DNA of 63,821 nt, the filler included, from Folioceros fuciformis (Eukaryota), in the NCBI GenBank assembly GCA_049999805.1. It is 13 parts of 13 records of this genome, joined end to end, with 100 filler letters (N's around TTAATTAATTAA, not from the genome) between each part and the next. Parts side by side here need not be neighbours in the genome. Positions count along the whole stretch, not along the records: positions 62,564 to 63,821 come from JBNGIO010004969.1; 12 more parts are not named here. One strand, 5' to 3'. The translations under genes were made by a program, and so were the position numbers. The notes beneath the pieces are model-generated. The model did not search any database and had not been told where the DNA came from. It saw only the letters and a program-made list of their open reading frames with translations. Shown one piece after another: positions 62,564 to 63,821 of this stretch; the first letter of the stretch is position 1; every line of letters starts with the position of its first letter.

Positions 62564-63821
62564 TCAATTTTATGTGACAACATGTCTGCACTTGCCCTTG
62601 TTGCCAACCCTAGGTTCCACGCACGTACTAAGCACATTGAAATACAGCACCACTACATCAGAGATGTTGTGGGGCGTGGTGCTGTCAAGGTTGGCTACAT
62701 AAGCACAGAGGACAATGTGGCAGATGTGTTAACAAAGGGCTTGGTGAAGCATAAGCACTACAAGCATATGTCAGGCTTAGGCCTGGACGACTACTCAAGG
62801 TATTTGGGTGCGGAGTGACGTATCTGTGGATGGTGGGGCGGGAACCCGAAGGTTCCCTAGGTGATGATGGGTTGTGTCTGCAAGCTTCTTCGCCGACATA
62901 GATAACTGCACTCGGCCACACACCCACAACTAGGTCAGCTACCGCACGCTAGCCCTTGAGGAGACAGAGGGAGTACATATCACTTTGTTGCAAGAAGGAT
63001 GAAGCTCACCTTAATACACAATCTTCTTGTAGTACAGTGCCCTCTACAGAGACGGTTTCACATCCTCCTCACCGTCGTCAGGGTTTGGTCCCTTTCCAGC
63101 TGCAATGATGTCCTCCAGCTTCTTGATCCTGTCAGTTGCCCGCCGAAGGCTGGTGATCAAGGCAGGCAGACCCAGCTCAGAGTAACGGAAGTCCGGTAGC
63201 CAGGGATCACGTCCTTGCCCGAGTACCAGTCACTGGTACTCGAGTATCGCTCTGTCCCTGGGAGAGGCCCTGGATCGGCTGCAACGCTGCTCATCAGCTG
63301 CGAGAGTTCCTCCGGCGAAGTGCATCTAACCTATGGCAGAGGCTCCCGAGGTTCTTCCGTAGCTGGTGCTGGTCTGGGTTGCCTTCTGCACCTCTGGGTC
63401 TTTGGCGGGGTGGTACAGATCTTTCCACTGCGCGTCGGCATCTCTTTGAGGCGATGGCGAGCGTGACAACTGAGCTGGATCGCGACAAGGAAACTGAGTG
63501 CGATGGTGGCGGCTGCTAAACCCAGCGTAAGAAGGATGGCCATTCCTGAGCGCTGGGGTTTAGGCGTAACCGTGCAGCATCGTAATCGTGACTCCGTTGC
63601 AGAGCGAAGGACCCCGTTCCGTGATAATGGTGAAGAGGGGACTTATCTATATGACCGTTTTTCTAGACCTAGTGTTGCTTGAGAGGGAGTGTTGAGAGTA
63701 AAAGCCAACACATAGTCTAAGTAACGTTAGGGTTAGCAGACTAGCCCAAATGAAACGTCATTCGGGTTTAGTATAAAAACAACACACGATGTCAATTCTA
63801 AAACTCACTTTCTTTATTTTT
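62564..63821 (+). mobile_element. Copia 3' end: RNase H end (to 62818), ~0.86-kb 3' region with antisense ORFs, PPT 63681-63689, 3' LTR from 63690
   Basis: NPRFHARTKHIEIQHHYIRD...VADVLTKGL; GAGAGGGAG|TGTTGAGAG. Confidence 0.9.

Overview
Eukaryotic, plant-type genomic DNA, most likely from a seed-free land plant with flagellated sperm (IFT140 gene, short GT-AG introns, PLS-class PPR relic, PPO, TTTAGGG repeats); the taxon is an inference. It consists of 13 contigs joined by 12 artificial 100-bp N44-TTAATTAATTAA-N44 linkers, so adjacency across gaps is unreliable. Bases 1-11.4 kb hold a 44-bp minisatellite and a compact gene island: BADC (-), IFT140 (-, apparently lacking its first WD40 propeller) and TRM6 (+, head-to-head with IFT140). 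The remaining ~52 kb is a nested mosaic of decayed Ty1/copia and Ty3/gypsy LTR retrotransposons, plus a PPO 3' fragment and a PPR pseudogene. Best candidates for new biology: (1) a gypsy-like gag-protease polyprotein that continues into a C5 cytosine DNA methyltransferase motif I/II (26.7-29.15 kb), cut by a nested copia insertion; (2) a shared antisense two-ORF cassette (small hydrophobic peptide plus coiled-coil protein) between pol and the 3' LTR of two divergent copia elements, with other accessory ORFs in further copias; (3) the N-terminally shortened IFT140; (4) several unusual junctions: a telomere-repeat deletion junction, a fold-back palindrome and AG...CT LTR termini. All homology calls come from motif recognition by eye, not database searches.
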